This document shows, piece after piece, positions 17,453 to 27,704 of a stretch of 61,760 nucleotides of DNA (positions are counted from its first letter, which is position 1; each line of letters begins with the position of its first letter). The stretch lies in the NCBI GenBank assembly GCA_964581095.1, contig CAZONK010000001.1, forward strand, positions 1,745 through 63,504, in the 5' to 3' direction. A program made the position numbers and the translations under genes. This DNA comes from an uncultured Roseivirgaceae bacterium. GTDB lineage: Bacteria; Bacteroidota; Bacteroidia; Cytophagales; Cyclobacteriaceae. The notes beneath the pieces are model-generated. The model worked only from the letters and a program-made list of their open reading frames with translations. It was not told the DNA's origin and did not search any database.

Positions 17453-19333
17453 TTAGTAAGCTCTCACTAACTTACCCTCCATAAAATTCATGTAGGCTTT
17501 GTTTACAACACGATTTCCACCGGGTGTTGGGAAATTACCGGTGAAATACCAGTCTCCAATATGGTTGGGTATAGCTTTGCGCAGATTGTCAACAGTTTGG
17601 TATATAACTTCAAGTTCGGCCGTCATATCTTTCGGTTTGACAATGTCCCCGATTTTTGCTGAAATTTGTTCATAACCAAAGGGAGCATAAATTTCCTTTA
17701 CGAAGTTTGGATTATCCTTTTCACCTTCATGCAATTTGCATTTCTCATAAACGTTTTCGGCAATATCCAACCCCGATTCTTTTGCTAAATCCATTACGGC
17801 TTTAAATGCGACAAATTCATTTATTTTAGACATGTCGATTCCATAGCAATCAGGGTATCGAATTTGAGGTGCTGAAGACACAATTACTATCTTTTTCGGA
17901 ATTAATCGGTTCAGCATTGTGAGAATACTTTTTTGAAGTGTTGTTCCTCTTACAATTGAGTCATCAATGATTACAAGAGTGTCAACATCCTTCTTTATTA
18001 CTTCGTATGTAGTGTCATAAACGTGTGCAACCATTTCATCCCGATGGTTATCGTCAGTTATAAATGTCCGAACTTTTATGTCTTTAGATACAAGTTTTTC
18101 AATTCTGGGTTTAAATGACAGGATTTGATCTAGGGAATCGATGTACGGCTTATTTTCAAGAATTACCTCTTTTCTCCGGGTAATCAGGTAATCTTCTAAT
18201 CCATCCATCATACCCAGAAAAGCTGTTTCTGCAGTATTAGGGATATAAGAAAATACCGTATTCTTCAGATCAAAATTTATAGCTTTAAGAACTTGTGGGA
18301 CAAGCAATCTCCCTAACATTTTACGTTCATTGTAAATATCGGGGTCAGACCCTCTTGAGAAATAAATTCGCTCGAAGCTGCAGGATTTTTTTTCAAGTTT
18401 CTTGATGAACGGATACTCTGCATAGTCACCACTTTTGTTGATTATTAAAGCATGGCCGGGCTCAATTTCATTTATCTCACTATACTCTACATTAAATGCT
18501 GTTTTAATGGCGGGTTTTTCTGAAGCTACAACAACAATTTCATCATTGGCATAGTAATAAGCAGGCCGAATACCCGAAGGGTCGCGTGCAACATATGCTG
18601 CACCATATCCTGTTATTCCGGCCATGGCATATCCTCCGTCAAAATCCTTGCAAGACCTTTTAAGTATCCGCTGCAGATCTAACTCATTTTCAATTAGCTC
18701 AGTGATCTCATTATTGGAACGTTTATCTTTATATTTTCTAAATATTTCTTCATTTTCTTCATCAAGAAAGTGACCGATTTTTTCCATTACCGTTACGGTG
18801 TCCACTTTCTGCTTTGGATGCTGGCCCAAATCAACAAGAATGTCGAAGAGTTCATCCACATTTGTCATATTAAAATTTCCTGCCACAACCAGGTTTCTAC
18901 TACGCCAGTTATTTTGTCTTAGAAAAGGATGACAACTTTCAATGCTATTTTTACCATGTGTCCCGTACCTTAAGTGTCCCAACCATAGTTCTCCGGTAAA
19001 TGCACAATTTTCTTTTAGCCAAAATTCATCATTAAATTGTTCACCACCATCCTTCTGAGCTTTCCTGTATTTCCTTCCTATTTTATTGAATATGGTAGCA
19101 AGCGGATTCGGGTCAACAGACCTGTACCTGCTGATATATCTTTTGCCAGGAGGCATGTTAAGCTTAATATTTGCAACACCTGCACCATCCTGACCCCGAT
19201 TACGCTGTTTTTCCATGAGCAAATAAACCTTGCTCATGGCATAAGAGGGACCATATTTCTCAATAAAATAGGATAGTGGCTTTCGAAGGCGTAAAAGTGC
19301 AATACCGCATTCGTGCTTAATGAAATCACTCAT
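17453..19333 (-). CDS. purF: Amidophosphoribosyltransferase (long class-II glutamine amidotransferase type)
   Basis: It has the N-terminal catalytic Cys context KHECGIA and the PRPP-binding loop VIIDDSIVRGTT. Confidence 0.9.
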   Translation of the reverse strand: MSDFIKHECGIALLRLRKPLSYFIEKYGPSYAMSKVYLLMEKQRNRGQDGAGVANIKLNMPPGKRYISRYRSVDPNPLATIFNKIGRKYRKAQKDGGEQFNDEFWLKENCAFTGELWLGHLRYGTHGKNSIESCHPFLRQNNWRSRNLVVAGNFNMTNVDELFDILVDLGQHPKQKVDTVTVMEKIGHFLDEENEEIFRKYKDKRSNNEITELIENELDLQRILKRSCKDFDGGYAMAGITGYGAAYVARDPSGIRPAYYYANDEIVVVASEKPAIKTAFNVEYSEINEIEPGHALIINKSGDYAEYPFIKKLEKKSCSFERIYFSRGSDPDIYNERKMLGRLLVPQVLKAINFDLKNTVFSYIPNTAETAFLGMMDGLEDYLITRRKEVILENKPYIDSLDQILSFKPRIEKLVSKDIKVRTFITDDNHRDEMVAHVYDTTYEVIKKDVDTLVIIDDSIVRGTTLQKSILTMLNRLIPKKIVIVSSAPQIRYPDCYGIDMSKINEFVAFKAVMDLAKESGLDIAENVYEKCKLHEGEKDNPNFVKEIYAPFGYEQISAKIGDIVKPKDMTAELEVIYQTVDNLRKAIPNHIGDWYFTGNFPTPGGNRVVNKAYMNFMEGKLVRAY

Positions 19334-19359
19334 TGAACTTATGTCTGGATGACCTTGTA

Positions 19360-19367
19360 CAAAATTA
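19360..19367 (-). promoter_or_regulatory. -7 promoter box TAATTTTG (minus strand)
   Basis: The reverse complement matches TAnnTTTG, 26 nt upstream of the purF start. Confidence 0.4.
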
Positions 19368-19432
19368 AAAAATATTTTGATCCCATCAGCCTAAAAAAAT
19401 ATAAACAGGCTAATATTTATTTTATCAGCGAT

Positions 19433-20236
19433 TCACTCCCATAGGGAGTACTTTTTTAAATGGATTTCTTTACCAAAAAACAACTTTGTTAATTTCTCAA
19501 ACGAATCTGTAAAATCAGATACCATAAATTTGTTCTCCCCTGCCCTCCCGGGAGAAAGCAATCCGTTTTGTTCAAGATACGCACGGAGCTCTTCAGCCAC
19601 AATTTCTGATGAAGCAAGTGTTTCAATACCATTTCCCAGTTCCTCCAATTCGCCTTTTATTAAAGGATAATGTGTGCATCCCAGTATTAAAGATACAATA
19701 CCTGAAAGTTCTGAATGATTGAGGTATTCCGTAATTATATCATGACTGATCCTTCCATGGATAAATCCTTCTTCGATCATAGGGACCAAAAGGGGGGTAG
19801 CAAGATTTTGAAGTGTAACACCGGATTCGTTAAGCTTCAATTTTTCACCATATACATTAGACGCGATCGTTTGTTTTGTCCCGATCAAACCAATTTTTTT
19901 TCCTTTGTAGTTATGGGATACATATTTCACCATCGGATCAATAACATTGATGATTTTTGCCTTTGAAGCCGAGTATTCTTTCAATAGTTCATAAGCAGCT
20001 GAAGATGCTGAGTTACAGGCAATTACTATAGATTTACACCCCCTTGAGATAAGAATATCTGTGATTTTTACAGAGTATGCCTGGATAGCAGCCGCAGATT
20101 TATCTCCATACGGAAGATGTGCCGTGTCTCCAAAGTAAATTAATTGTTCTTCAGGCAAAATATCGTTTATTGCACGTGCAACGGTGAGCCCGCCAATACC
20201 GCTATCAAATATCCCAATTGGAGCTTGATTATCCAT
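19433..20236 (-). CDS. murI: Glutamate racemase
   Basis: It carries the motifs FDSGIGG, ACNSAS and GCTHYP. Confidence 0.9.
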   Translation of the reverse strand: MDNQAPIGIFDSGIGGLTVARAINDILPEEQLIYFGDTAHLPYGDKSAAAIQAYSVKITDILISRGCKSIVIACNSASSAAYELLKEYSASKAKIINVIDPMVKYVSHNYKGKKIGLIGTKQTIASNVYGEKLKLNESGVTLQNLATPLLVPMIEEGFIHGRISHDIITEYLNHSELSGIVSLILGCTHYPLIKGELEELGNGIETLASSEIVAEELRAYLEQNGLLSPGRAGENKFMVSDFTDSFEKLTKLFFGKEIHLKKYSLWE

Positions 20237-20334
20237 ATTTAAATAGTATTCACCTTAAATAGATTAAATTAATGTTACTTGTTAGCAGCAATAATTAGTG
20301 ATAATTTAGCGAAGTTTCATTTTGCCGTAAACAA

Positions 20335-22350
20335 ATGCAAAAAAGTACCCGGTTTTTATTTTTTCTTGCGTTTATATTTTCTTACCCTTCATTTTCACAG
20401 GTAGACTCTGTTGAACTATCCAACCAATACTATCAGATGGGGATGGATATCTTCAATTTTGAACATCGAAGGCAGGCAAAAGATATGTTTGTGCTGGCAG
20501 CACAAATGAATCCTAAAAATGCAAGTGCTCACCTGATGGCTGGTAAATCAATCATGCTTACAGTGCATAAAGATGAAGCTCTTCCCTATTTCATGGACGC
20601 GTGGATTCTTGAACCGGAAATTGACGAAGAAATCATTTATTTAGTTGGACAAGCATATCAGTATTCTCAAAAATTCGATAGCGCCATAATGTTTTATGAA
20701 CTATACAACATACGTCTTGCCCGTTCTATGAAATTTAAGAAATCGCTGAAAATGAACGAAGTAAACCATCGTATTTTTGAATGCCGTAATGCAAAAATAT
20801 TTAAATACTACCCTGTAGATGTAGAAATTACCAACCTGGGTACAACCATTAATTCGGAGTGGCCTGAATATGCACCAACAATTTCTGCTGATGAATCGGT
20901 GTTGGTATTTACATCAAGGCGTCCTGATGGTACAAATCCAAACCTTGCGGAAGACCTCCAATATTATGAAGATATATATATATCTTATCAAAAAGATGGG
21001 AAATGGGAAGAAGCAAAAAACATTGGACAACCTGTAAACACAATGTACCACAGTGCAAGTATCAATCTGGCACCTGATGGAAAAAGCATGTTTAAATACA
21101 GCGACAATAACGGAGGGGATATATATGAAACAATTTTACTCGAAAATGGTAAATGGTCGAGGCCCAAAGCCCTAAAAGGTGAGGTAAATACCTCCTATAT
21201 TGAAAACTCTGCAGCTATTTCCGCCGATGGCCAAAAGCTTTATTTTTCAAGCAATAAACCTGGAGGATATGGAAAAATGGATATTTATGTAGCTACCCTT
21301 TCAAAATCGGGAGCATGGATAGATGCTGAGAACCTGGGGCCTGATATTAATACAGAATTAGATGAGGAAGGGGTTTTTATATCCGCATCAGGCCGTTATC
21401 TGTTTTTTAGTTCCAATGGCCATGCGGGGATGGGAGACCTTGATATTTACAGATCTGAAATAGATTCAGCAACCAATAAATGGAAAGAACCACTAAACCT
21501 GGGTTACCCTTTAAACTCAGTAGAAAATGATGTTTTTTACACATTGACAGGTGATGACCGATATGCATATTATTCTTCCATTCAATCAAAAAGTCATGGA
21601 GAGCAGGACATTTATAAAGTTGATATGATCAATTGGAAACCTGTTGACTTAACCCAGCCTGTATTTGTAAAAGAATGGGTTGAAAAGGAAGAGAAGAAGA
21701 TCATTGCTGTTGAGCCGGATGCAGTGCCTGTTTCAGCTGATATTTATCTCGAATATACAGTTGTGGACGAAATATCCCTGGGTCCAATTGATGCAAAAGT
21801 TGTATTTATATCTTCTGATGACCGCCTGATTTCACCTGAAAAAATTTCCATCGGAAAATATGGGTACAGGTTAAAAAATGACAAATATTCAAAATATGAT
21901 ATCCGTATTACAAAAGACGGCTATCTCCCTCACCTGTCCGAGATTTTAATCCTGGGTACAGATCCGCAAACTTCTGAAATAAAAGAAACAATCATTTTGA
22001 AAAAGGCCCTGGTGAATTTCAGTGCAGTTCTTAATGTATATTTTGGCCTTGACAGCGATGAACCAAACAGTTTTGAAGACATACAGTACATTGGACTTCT
22101 GATGAATGAAACCCCTTCATTAAAGGTAGAAATATCAGGGTATACAGATAATTCAGGATCCCCTGAGTATAATAAAGACCTGAGCCAGAGGCGTGCTGAA
22201 TCTGTAAGAAAACATCTGATCAATGTGGGTATTGATCCCTCAAGAATTACCTCAAGAGGATACGGTGAAGAGAATCCAGTTGCTTCTAACGAATTAAGAA
22301 GTGGAAGACGGCTTAACAGACGGACAGAATTTAAAATTATTGAAGACTAA
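20335..22350 (+). CDS. OmpA-family protein with TPR and TolB-like beta-propeller repeats
   Basis: It has a signal peptide, N-terminal TPR-like helices and repeated WD40-like PD40 segments. The C-terminal OmpA motif is GYTDNSGSPEYNKDLSQRRAESV. Confidence 0.8.
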   Translation: MQKSTRFLFFLAFIFSYPSFSQVDSVELSNQYYQMGMDIFNFEHRRQAKDMFVLAAQMNPKNASAHLMAGKSIMLTVHKDEALPYFMDAWILEPEIDEEIIYLVGQAYQYSQKFDSAIMFYELYNIRLARSMKFKKSLKMNEVNHRIFECRNAKIFKYYPVDVEITNLGTTINSEWPEYAPTISADESVLVFTSRRPDGTNPNLAEDLQYYEDIYISYQKDGKWEEAKNIGQPVNTMYHSASINLAPDGKSMFKYSDNNGGDIYETILLENGKWSRPKALKGEVNTSYIENSAAISADGQKLYFSSNKPGGYGKMDIYVATLSKSGAWIDAENLGPDINTELDEEGVFISASGRYLFFSSNGHAGMGDLDIYRSEIDSATNKWKEPLNLGYPLNSVENDVFYTLTGDDRYAYYSSIQSKSHGEQDIYKVDMINWKPVDLTQPVFVKEWVEKEEKKIIAVEPDAVPVSADIYLEYTVVDEISLGPIDAKVVFISSDDRLISPEKISIGKYGYRLKNDKYSKYDIRITKDGYLPHLSEILILGTDPQTSEIKETIILKKALVNFSAVLNVYFGLDSDEPNSFEDIQYIGLLMNETPSLKVEISGYTDNSGSPEYNKDLSQRRAESVRKHLINVGIDPSRITSRGYGEENPVASNELRSGRRLNRRTEFKIIED

Positions 22351-22391
22351 TAAGTGCATTCAAGCATTAACGTCTCGTCTTTTTTTTTATC

Positions 22392-22399
22392 TATATTTG
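22392..22399 (+). promoter_or_regulatory. -7 promoter box TATATTTG
   Basis: It matches TAnnTTTG, 18 nt upstream of the 22418 start. Confidence 0.4.
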
Positions 22400-22417
22400 C
22401 ATTTTTAAATTAACCCT

Positions 22418-22792
22418 ATGAAAAAAGCAGCTGTCATTCTAGCATTTCTATTAGTATTCGGATGTTCAGGATCAAAAAAAGCTGTATATAGTCCTGTTGG
22501 TGTATGGAACTATACGGTGATTGGTACACCAAATGGTGATACGGAAGGTACATTTATTCTTTCAAATACGGAGGAGGGCATGAAGGGACTATTTAAATCA
22601 TATGAATATGGTGAATCGGATATGGAAAACCTGACATTTGGAGAAAGTAACGATCTGAAATGCACTATGTATCTTTCAGGAATTGATCTTATCTTAAACG
22701 GTACTTTTGAAGGAGATACCTTTTCAGGAACTGTTGATGCCGGTCAGGCAGGAGCCTTCCCAATCACGGCTGCAAGAAATATAAGTAATTAA
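22418..22792 (+). CDS. Hypothetical lipoprotein
   Basis: 124 aa with a lipobox-like signal LLVFGCSG. Confidence 0.5.
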   Translation: MKKAAVILAFLLVFGCSGSKKAVYSPVGVWNYTVIGTPNGDTEGTFILSNTEEGMKGLFKSYEYGESDMENLTFGESNDLKCTMYLSGIDLILNGTFEGDTFSGTVDAGQAGAFPITAARNISN

Positions 22793-22810
22793 AATAATAA
22801 AACTTTATAC

Positions 22811-23638
22811 ATGTCCAATAACTTACTGAAAGGAAAAAAAGGCATCATCTCCGGTGCTCTCGATGAAAAATCAATCGCCTGGAAAACCGCCATTCGGGTT
22901 CACGAAGAGGGTGGGAAAATTATACTTACAAATGCTCCATTAGCAATGAGAATGGGCAAAATAAATGAACTGGCAGAACAGGTAAATGCCAAAATTATAC
23001 CTGCAGATGCTACTTCCAATAAAGATCTTGAGAACCTTTTTGATGGTGCAATGGAGGAATTTGGAGGACCAATGGACTATATTCTTCATTCAATAGGAAT
23101 GAGTCCTAATGTGAGGAAGGGTAAAGACTATGGAGACTTAAACTACGAATGGTACCATAAAACACTCGATATCTCTGCAATGTCATTTCATCGTATGATG
23201 CAAATAGCAGAGAAAAAAGATGCGATGAATGAGTGGGGATCCATTATTGCACTGTCTTACATAGCTGCGCAAAGAACCTATCCAGACTATTCGGATATGG
23301 CCAATGCAAAAGCACTACTTGAGTCAATTGCGAGAAGCTACGGATACAGGTTTGCAAAAACAAAAAATGTACGTGTAAATACAATATCACAATCGCCTAC
23401 TGTAACTACTGCCGGTACAGGTGTCACGGGTTTTAATGCTTTTATAGACTATGCCGATAAATTGTCTCCTCTGGGTAATGCATCAGCAGAAGATTGCGCC
23501 AATTATATAGTTGCGATGTTCTCTGATTTAACAAGAATGGTCACAATGCAAAACCTGATGAATGATGGCGGATTTTCTTCTTCTGGCATTACCGAAGAAA
23601 TTGTGGATATGATTTACAAAGCTCAGAAAAATAATTAA
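22811..23638 (+). CDS. fabI: Enoyl-[acyl-carrier-protein] reductase (NADH), FabI type
   Basis: SDR fold with the N-terminus LKGKKGIISGALDEKSIAW characteristic of FabI; 275 aa. Confidence 0.85.
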   Translation: MSNNLLKGKKGIISGALDEKSIAWKTAIRVHEEGGKIILTNAPLAMRMGKINELAEQVNAKIIPADATSNKDLENLFDGAMEEFGGPMDYILHSIGMSPNVRKGKDYGDLNYEWYHKTLDISAMSFHRMMQIAEKKDAMNEWGSIIALSYIAAQRTYPDYSDMANAKALLESIARSYGYRFAKTKNVRVNTISQSPTVTTAGTGVTGFNAFIDYADKLSPLGNASAEDCANYIVAMFSDLTRMVTMQNLMNDGGFSSSGITEEIVDMIYKAQKNN

Positions 23639-23665
23639 TCTTAGTTCCACGATTTGATTTAACTA

Positions 23666-24490
23666 ATGGTAGTCTTTCCAAATGCCAAAATTAACATTGG
23701 CCTTGGTGTATTAAACAAGCGTCCGGACGGATACCATACGATTGAGACTGCACTTTTTCCAACAAGATGGTGCGATGTATTGGAAATAGTTATTTCAACA
23801 AACAAAAAAGATACCTTTTCGCTATCAGGAATACCTGTTGATACAGATTCAAAGAAAAACCTCGTTTTGAAGACGTATGAATTGCTAAGAAGTAAATTTG
23901 ATTTACAACCTGTAAACATACATCTTCACAAAATTATTCCTTTTGGGGCGGGGCTTGGAGGAGGCTCATCCGATGCGGCATATACAATCAAGGTTTTGAA
24001 TGACCTTTTTGTTCTGAATCTATCTGAAAAAGAAATGGAATCATTTGCTTCTGAAATCGGAAGTGATTGCCCTTTTTTTATAAAAAATATTCCTGCAATG
24101 GCTACAGGAATAGGTACAGACCTGGAACCAATTGTTTTAAAGAATGTATCAAAACACATTTTGGTGGTGTTTCCTGATAAACCGGTAAATACAACGGAGG
24201 CTTATGGTGGCCTCTCGCTACAGAATCAGTCCGGAAACGTTGCCCTGGCTGATAAAATAGCAGCCCCCATTGAGGAGTGGAAATCATTAATAGTTAATGA
24301 CTTTGAAGCCAACATATTCCGAATACATAACGAGTTAAGCAAGATCAAAGAGTTACTTTATGAATCCGGGGCAATATTTGCAGGTATGTCAGGATCGGGA
24401 TCCTGCTTGTATGGAATTTACAATGAGGAAACAAAGGTTCCGTCCAGTCTTCAGGAATACCTGACCTGGAAAGGAAAGATTGTATTATAA
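23666..24490 (+). CDS. ispE: 4-(cytidine 5'-diphospho)-2-C-methyl-D-erythritol kinase
   Basis: N-terminal PNAKINIGL and the GHMP kinase motif PFGAGLGGGSSDAA. Confidence 0.9.
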   Translation: MVVFPNAKINIGLGVLNKRPDGYHTIETALFPTRWCDVLEIVISTNKKDTFSLSGIPVDTDSKKNLVLKTYELLRSKFDLQPVNIHLHKIIPFGAGLGGGSSDAAYTIKVLNDLFVLNLSEKEMESFASEIGSDCPFFIKNIPAMATGIGTDLEPIVLKNVSKHILVVFPDKPVNTTEAYGGLSLQNQSGNVALADKIAAPIEEWKSLIVNDFEANIFRIHNELSKIKELLYESGAIFAGMSGSGSCLYGIYNEETKVPSSLQEYLTWKGKIVL

Positions 24491-25384
24491 AACTTCAGTA
24501 TTTTTTGATGAAATCTTTTTCCGAATAATCGGATAGCTAATAACGGCAGCAAGAATTATGAGTGCTCCAATATAGAAATTAGTGGCCATTCTTTCCTTTT
24601 CTCCAAATATTATCAGGGCAAGAATAATTCCGTAAACGGGTTCGAGGGTAGCAACAAGATTTACATTATATGCCGATAATTTTTTCATTAAGCGAACGGA
24701 GCCCGAATAAGCATAAACTGTACAGACAATTCCTAAAAACCCCAGGTAAAACCAATCCATTGAAGTTGGAGAAAGATTTAATTCTCCCCCTTTTGCAATA
24801 TATAACTTATAAATTGGCAAAAATAAGAGTGTAATTAACCACGCTCCCAACATTTCATACCCCATAATCTTGAAGCTATTCATCCTGTGTGTAAACTTTG
24901 AATTTATGATCATAAATAGCGCTGCACAAAAAGCTGATGATATTGCCATTATCAATCCCTGGTGGTAGGCCGTATCAGACCTAAAAACTAAATACAAACC
25001 AATAACAATCCATAGCCCCAATAATATTTCATAGATCAGAACCCGTTTCTTATTAATAATCGGATCCAGAATACTTATCCAAAGTGGCACGGTTGACAAA
25101 CCAATGAGAGTAACCGATACATTTGATGCTCTTGTAGCACCAAAAAAGAAGATCCAATGCGCTGAGAAAAGTATCCCTGTTAATAGAAGTTTAACAGCAT
25201 CCCTATTCGGGAGGGATATCGATTCCTGACGAATTTTCAATAAAATAAAAATCCCTAAAAAGCTTAACAGCGTCCTGAAAAATACAATTTCGATAGGCGG
25301 AATTGATATCAGAATTCCAAGAATCGCAGTAAACCCCCAGAGAACGACAATAAAATGTAATTCAATGTATTTGAGATATCTCAT
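24485..25384 (-). CDS. DMT superfamily (EamA-type) transporter
   Basis: 299 aa, about ten TM helices arranged as two EamA-like halves. Confidence 0.75.
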   Translation of the reverse strand: MRYLKYIELHFIVVLWGFTAILGILISIPPIEIVFFRTLLSFLGIFILLKIRQESISLPNRDAVKLLLTGILFSAHWIFFFGATRASNVSVTLIGLSTVPLWISILDPIINKKRVLIYEILLGLWIVIGLYLVFRSDTAYHQGLIMAISSAFCAALFMIINSKFTHRMNSFKIMGYEMLGAWLITLLFLPIYKLYIAKGGELNLSPTSMDWFYLGFLGIVCTVYAYSGSVRLMKKLSAYNVNLVATLEPVYGIILALIIFGEKERMATNFYIGALIILAAVISYPIIRKKISSKNTEVL

Positions 25385-25386
25385 TA

Positions 25387-26460
25387 CTAGCGAGGAACCG
25401 TGAAGTATAACACAAAACTGATTGCGGTGAATGTAATATTAGGCAGCCAGATTGCAAGCATCGGGGGTAAGCTACCTCCTTCAGCCATGCTCTTACTCAT
25501 TATAAAGTAAATGATAAATACAAATGATATAACGAAACCAAGGGCAATCTGGAATCCTGTTCCTCCTCTTGTTTTGCGAGCAGATACGATAACTGCAATA
25601 AATGTTAGAATAACAACACTGAAAGGGTATGAAATCCTCATGTACTTTTCTATTTGGTAAATTACAAAACCATCGAGCCCCCTGGTTTTCAGGTCTAATA
25701 TTTTTTCATCCAATTCTGGAATAGTAAGTGCTTCATTTAATCGTTTGTCACTTGCGAAATCATTCGGATGCATTTTTAGCTTCAAGGTCATTGTATCTCC
25801 CGAAGTCATAATTTCTTTTCCCTCCTGTAATACGCGTGATTGCCAATTAGTTAACATCCATTTATCCAAAGAATCAACCCACCTGATATTATTTGCAGAT
25901 AATTTTTCAATCAAATCGTTATTGTTGAATCTTTCAAGTGTGAAGTTATATCCCGTTACAGAATTGGAATTGAAATTCCGTACATAAACATATAACCCCG
26001 GATCTTCCTGAAAGTGATTATCCCTTTCATTAAACATAAACCTTGATTCAAGGTATTCGTTTTCAAACTTCACCCTGGATTTAGTAGCGTCAGGGATAAC
26101 CCATCCTGTAAAGTAAAAACTTATCCCTCCCAAAAAAATTGCACCAATAATATAGGGAAGCATAAACCGTCTGAAACTCACGCCACTACTAAGGATGGCT
26201 ATGATTTCTGAGTGACTTGCCATTTTTGCTGTTACAAAAATAGCGGCAATAAACACTGTTATAGGTGTGATTGTATTGGCAAGCCATGGTATATAATCAA
26301 GATAGAAACCTGCAACCTGCGAAAAGGAAAGATTGTTGCTCGTAAAGTTCTCCATTTTTTCAGTAATGTCGATCACAACGATAATCAGAACGAGCAGAAA
26401 CACTACAAAAAAGAAAGTGCTGAGAAATTGCTTTATTATATACCGATCAATGATTTTCAT
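25387..26460 (-). CDS. LptF/LptG family LPS export permease (YjgP/YjgQ)
   Basis: 357 aa with three N-terminal TM helices, a periplasmic beta-jellyroll region and three C-terminal TM helices. It starts 2 nt after the tgt stop. Confidence 0.8.
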   Translation of the reverse strand: MKIIDRYIIKQFLSTFFFVVFLLVLIIVVIDITEKMENFTSNNLSFSQVAGFYLDYIPWLANTITPITVFIAAIFVTAKMASHSEIIAILSSGVSFRRFMLPYIIGAIFLGGISFYFTGWVIPDATKSRVKFENEYLESRFMFNERDNHFQEDPGLYVYVRNFNSNSVTGYNFTLERFNNNDLIEKLSANNIRWVDSLDKWMLTNWQSRVLQEGKEIMTSGDTMTLKLKMHPNDFASDKRLNEALTIPELDEKILDLKTRGLDGFVIYQIEKYMRISYPFSVVILTFIAVIVSARKTRGGTGFQIALGFVISFVFIIYFIMSKSMAEGGSLPPMLAIWLPNITFTAISFVLYFTVPR

Positions 26461-26461
26461 T

Positions 26462-27592
26462 CTAAAGCCTGTTTGTCACACTTTTTACCATTTTATTTTT
26501 CCAGGAACTGAAGGTACCTTCCATAATTTGTTTACGCGATTCCTTTACAAGCCAAAGGTAAAAGGTCAGGTTATGAATACTTGCAATTTGTGCACCAAGA
26601 ATTTCCTTACTCATGATCAAATGACGAAGGTAAGCTTTCGAATAGGTTGTACTCACGTATCCTTCAAGTATTGGATCTATCGGGCTAAATTCATCCTTCC
26701 ATTTTTCATTTTTAATATTTATGATACCTTCTGAAGTAAACAGCATTCCGTTTCTCCCATTGCGGGTTGGCATTACACAATCAAACATATCAATGCCCAG
26801 GCCAATTGATTCAAGAATATTTTCAGGTGTGCCTACTCCCATCAAATATCTTGGCTTATCTTTTGGCAATACCTGGCATACCAGGTCCGTCATGGCATAC
26901 ATTTCTTCTGCGGGTTCACCAACCGATAATCCTCCAATAGCATTTCCATCGCGGTTAAAGGAGGCGATCACCTCTGCCGATTCTTTTCGCAAATCTGCAT
27001 AGGTACTTCCCTGAACAATTGGAAAAAGACTTTGATTATATCCATAATGGGCTCCCGTTTCGTCCATTCTGTTGCAACATCTTTTCAACCAACGATGGGT
27101 CATCCCCATCGAAGTTTTTGCATATTCAAAATCGCAGGGAAAAGGAGTACATTCATCAAATGCCATTACAATATCGGCTCCAATTATTCTTTGAATATCA
27201 ATTACTCCTTCCGGATCAAATATATGGCTTGATCCATCTATGTGCGATCTAAATGTAACTCCCGATTCTTTGATCTTCCTGTTTTCTGCCAGGGAATAAA
27301 CCTGGTACCCGCCGCTGTCAGTAAGAATGGGCTTTTGCCATGCATTAAATTTATGCAACCCCCCGGCCTTTTGTATGATATCCAATCCCGGACGAAGGTA
27401 AAGATGATATGTATTCCCAAGTATCACCTGCGCATTAATGTCAAATTCAAGTTCACGTTGATGCACTCCTTTTACAGACCCCGCAGTGCCAACAGGCATA
27501 AATATTGGAGTTTCTATAGAGCCATGATCTGTATATAAAATACCCGCCCGGGCATTTGAGTTTTTATCGGTGTGTGAATGTTGAAAATCCAT
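26462..27592 (-). CDS. tgt: Queuine tRNA-ribosyltransferase (tRNA-guanine transglycosylase)
   Basis: It has FMPVGT and LTDSGGYQV motifs. I moved the start to the MDFQ Met at 27592 because a -7 box (27609-27616) lies inside the longer ORF-track version. Confidence 0.9.
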   Translation of the reverse strand: MDFQHSHTDKNSNARAGILYTDHGSIETPIFMPVGTAGSVKGVHQRELEFDINAQVILGNTYHLYLRPGLDIIQKAGGLHKFNAWQKPILTDSGGYQVYSLAENRKIKESGVTFRSHIDGSSHIFDPEGVIDIQRIIGADIVMAFDECTPFPCDFEYAKTSMGMTHRWLKRCCNRMDETGAHYGYNQSLFPIVQGSTYADLRKESAEVIASFNRDGNAIGGLSVGEPAEEMYAMTDLVCQVLPKDKPRYLMGVGTPENILESIGLGIDMFDCVMPTRNGRNGMLFTSEGIINIKNEKWKDEFSPIDPILEGYVSTTYSKAYLRHLIMSKEILGAQIASIHNLTFYLWLVKESRKQIMEGTFSSWKNKMVKSVTNRL

Positions 27593-27608
27593 AAGTTGTA
27601 AAACGTGG

Positions 27609-27616
27609 CAAAAGTA
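27609..27616 (-). promoter_or_regulatory. -7 promoter box TACTTTTG (minus strand) for tgt
   Basis: The reverse complement matches TAnnTTTG, 16 nt upstream of the ATG at 27592. Confidence 0.45.
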
Positions 27617-27683
27617 CATTGATTTCGTTAATTTAAATCATTGAAATTGAGATACAAGATCCTGATAATGTCATCAGGGTGGG

Positions 27684-27691
27684 TATATTTG
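27684..27691 (+). promoter_or_regulatory. -7 promoter box TATATTTG
   Basis: It matches TAnnTTTG, 13 nt upstream of the 27705 start. Confidence 0.4.
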
Positions 27692-27704
27692 CCCGCTTGT
27701 AATT

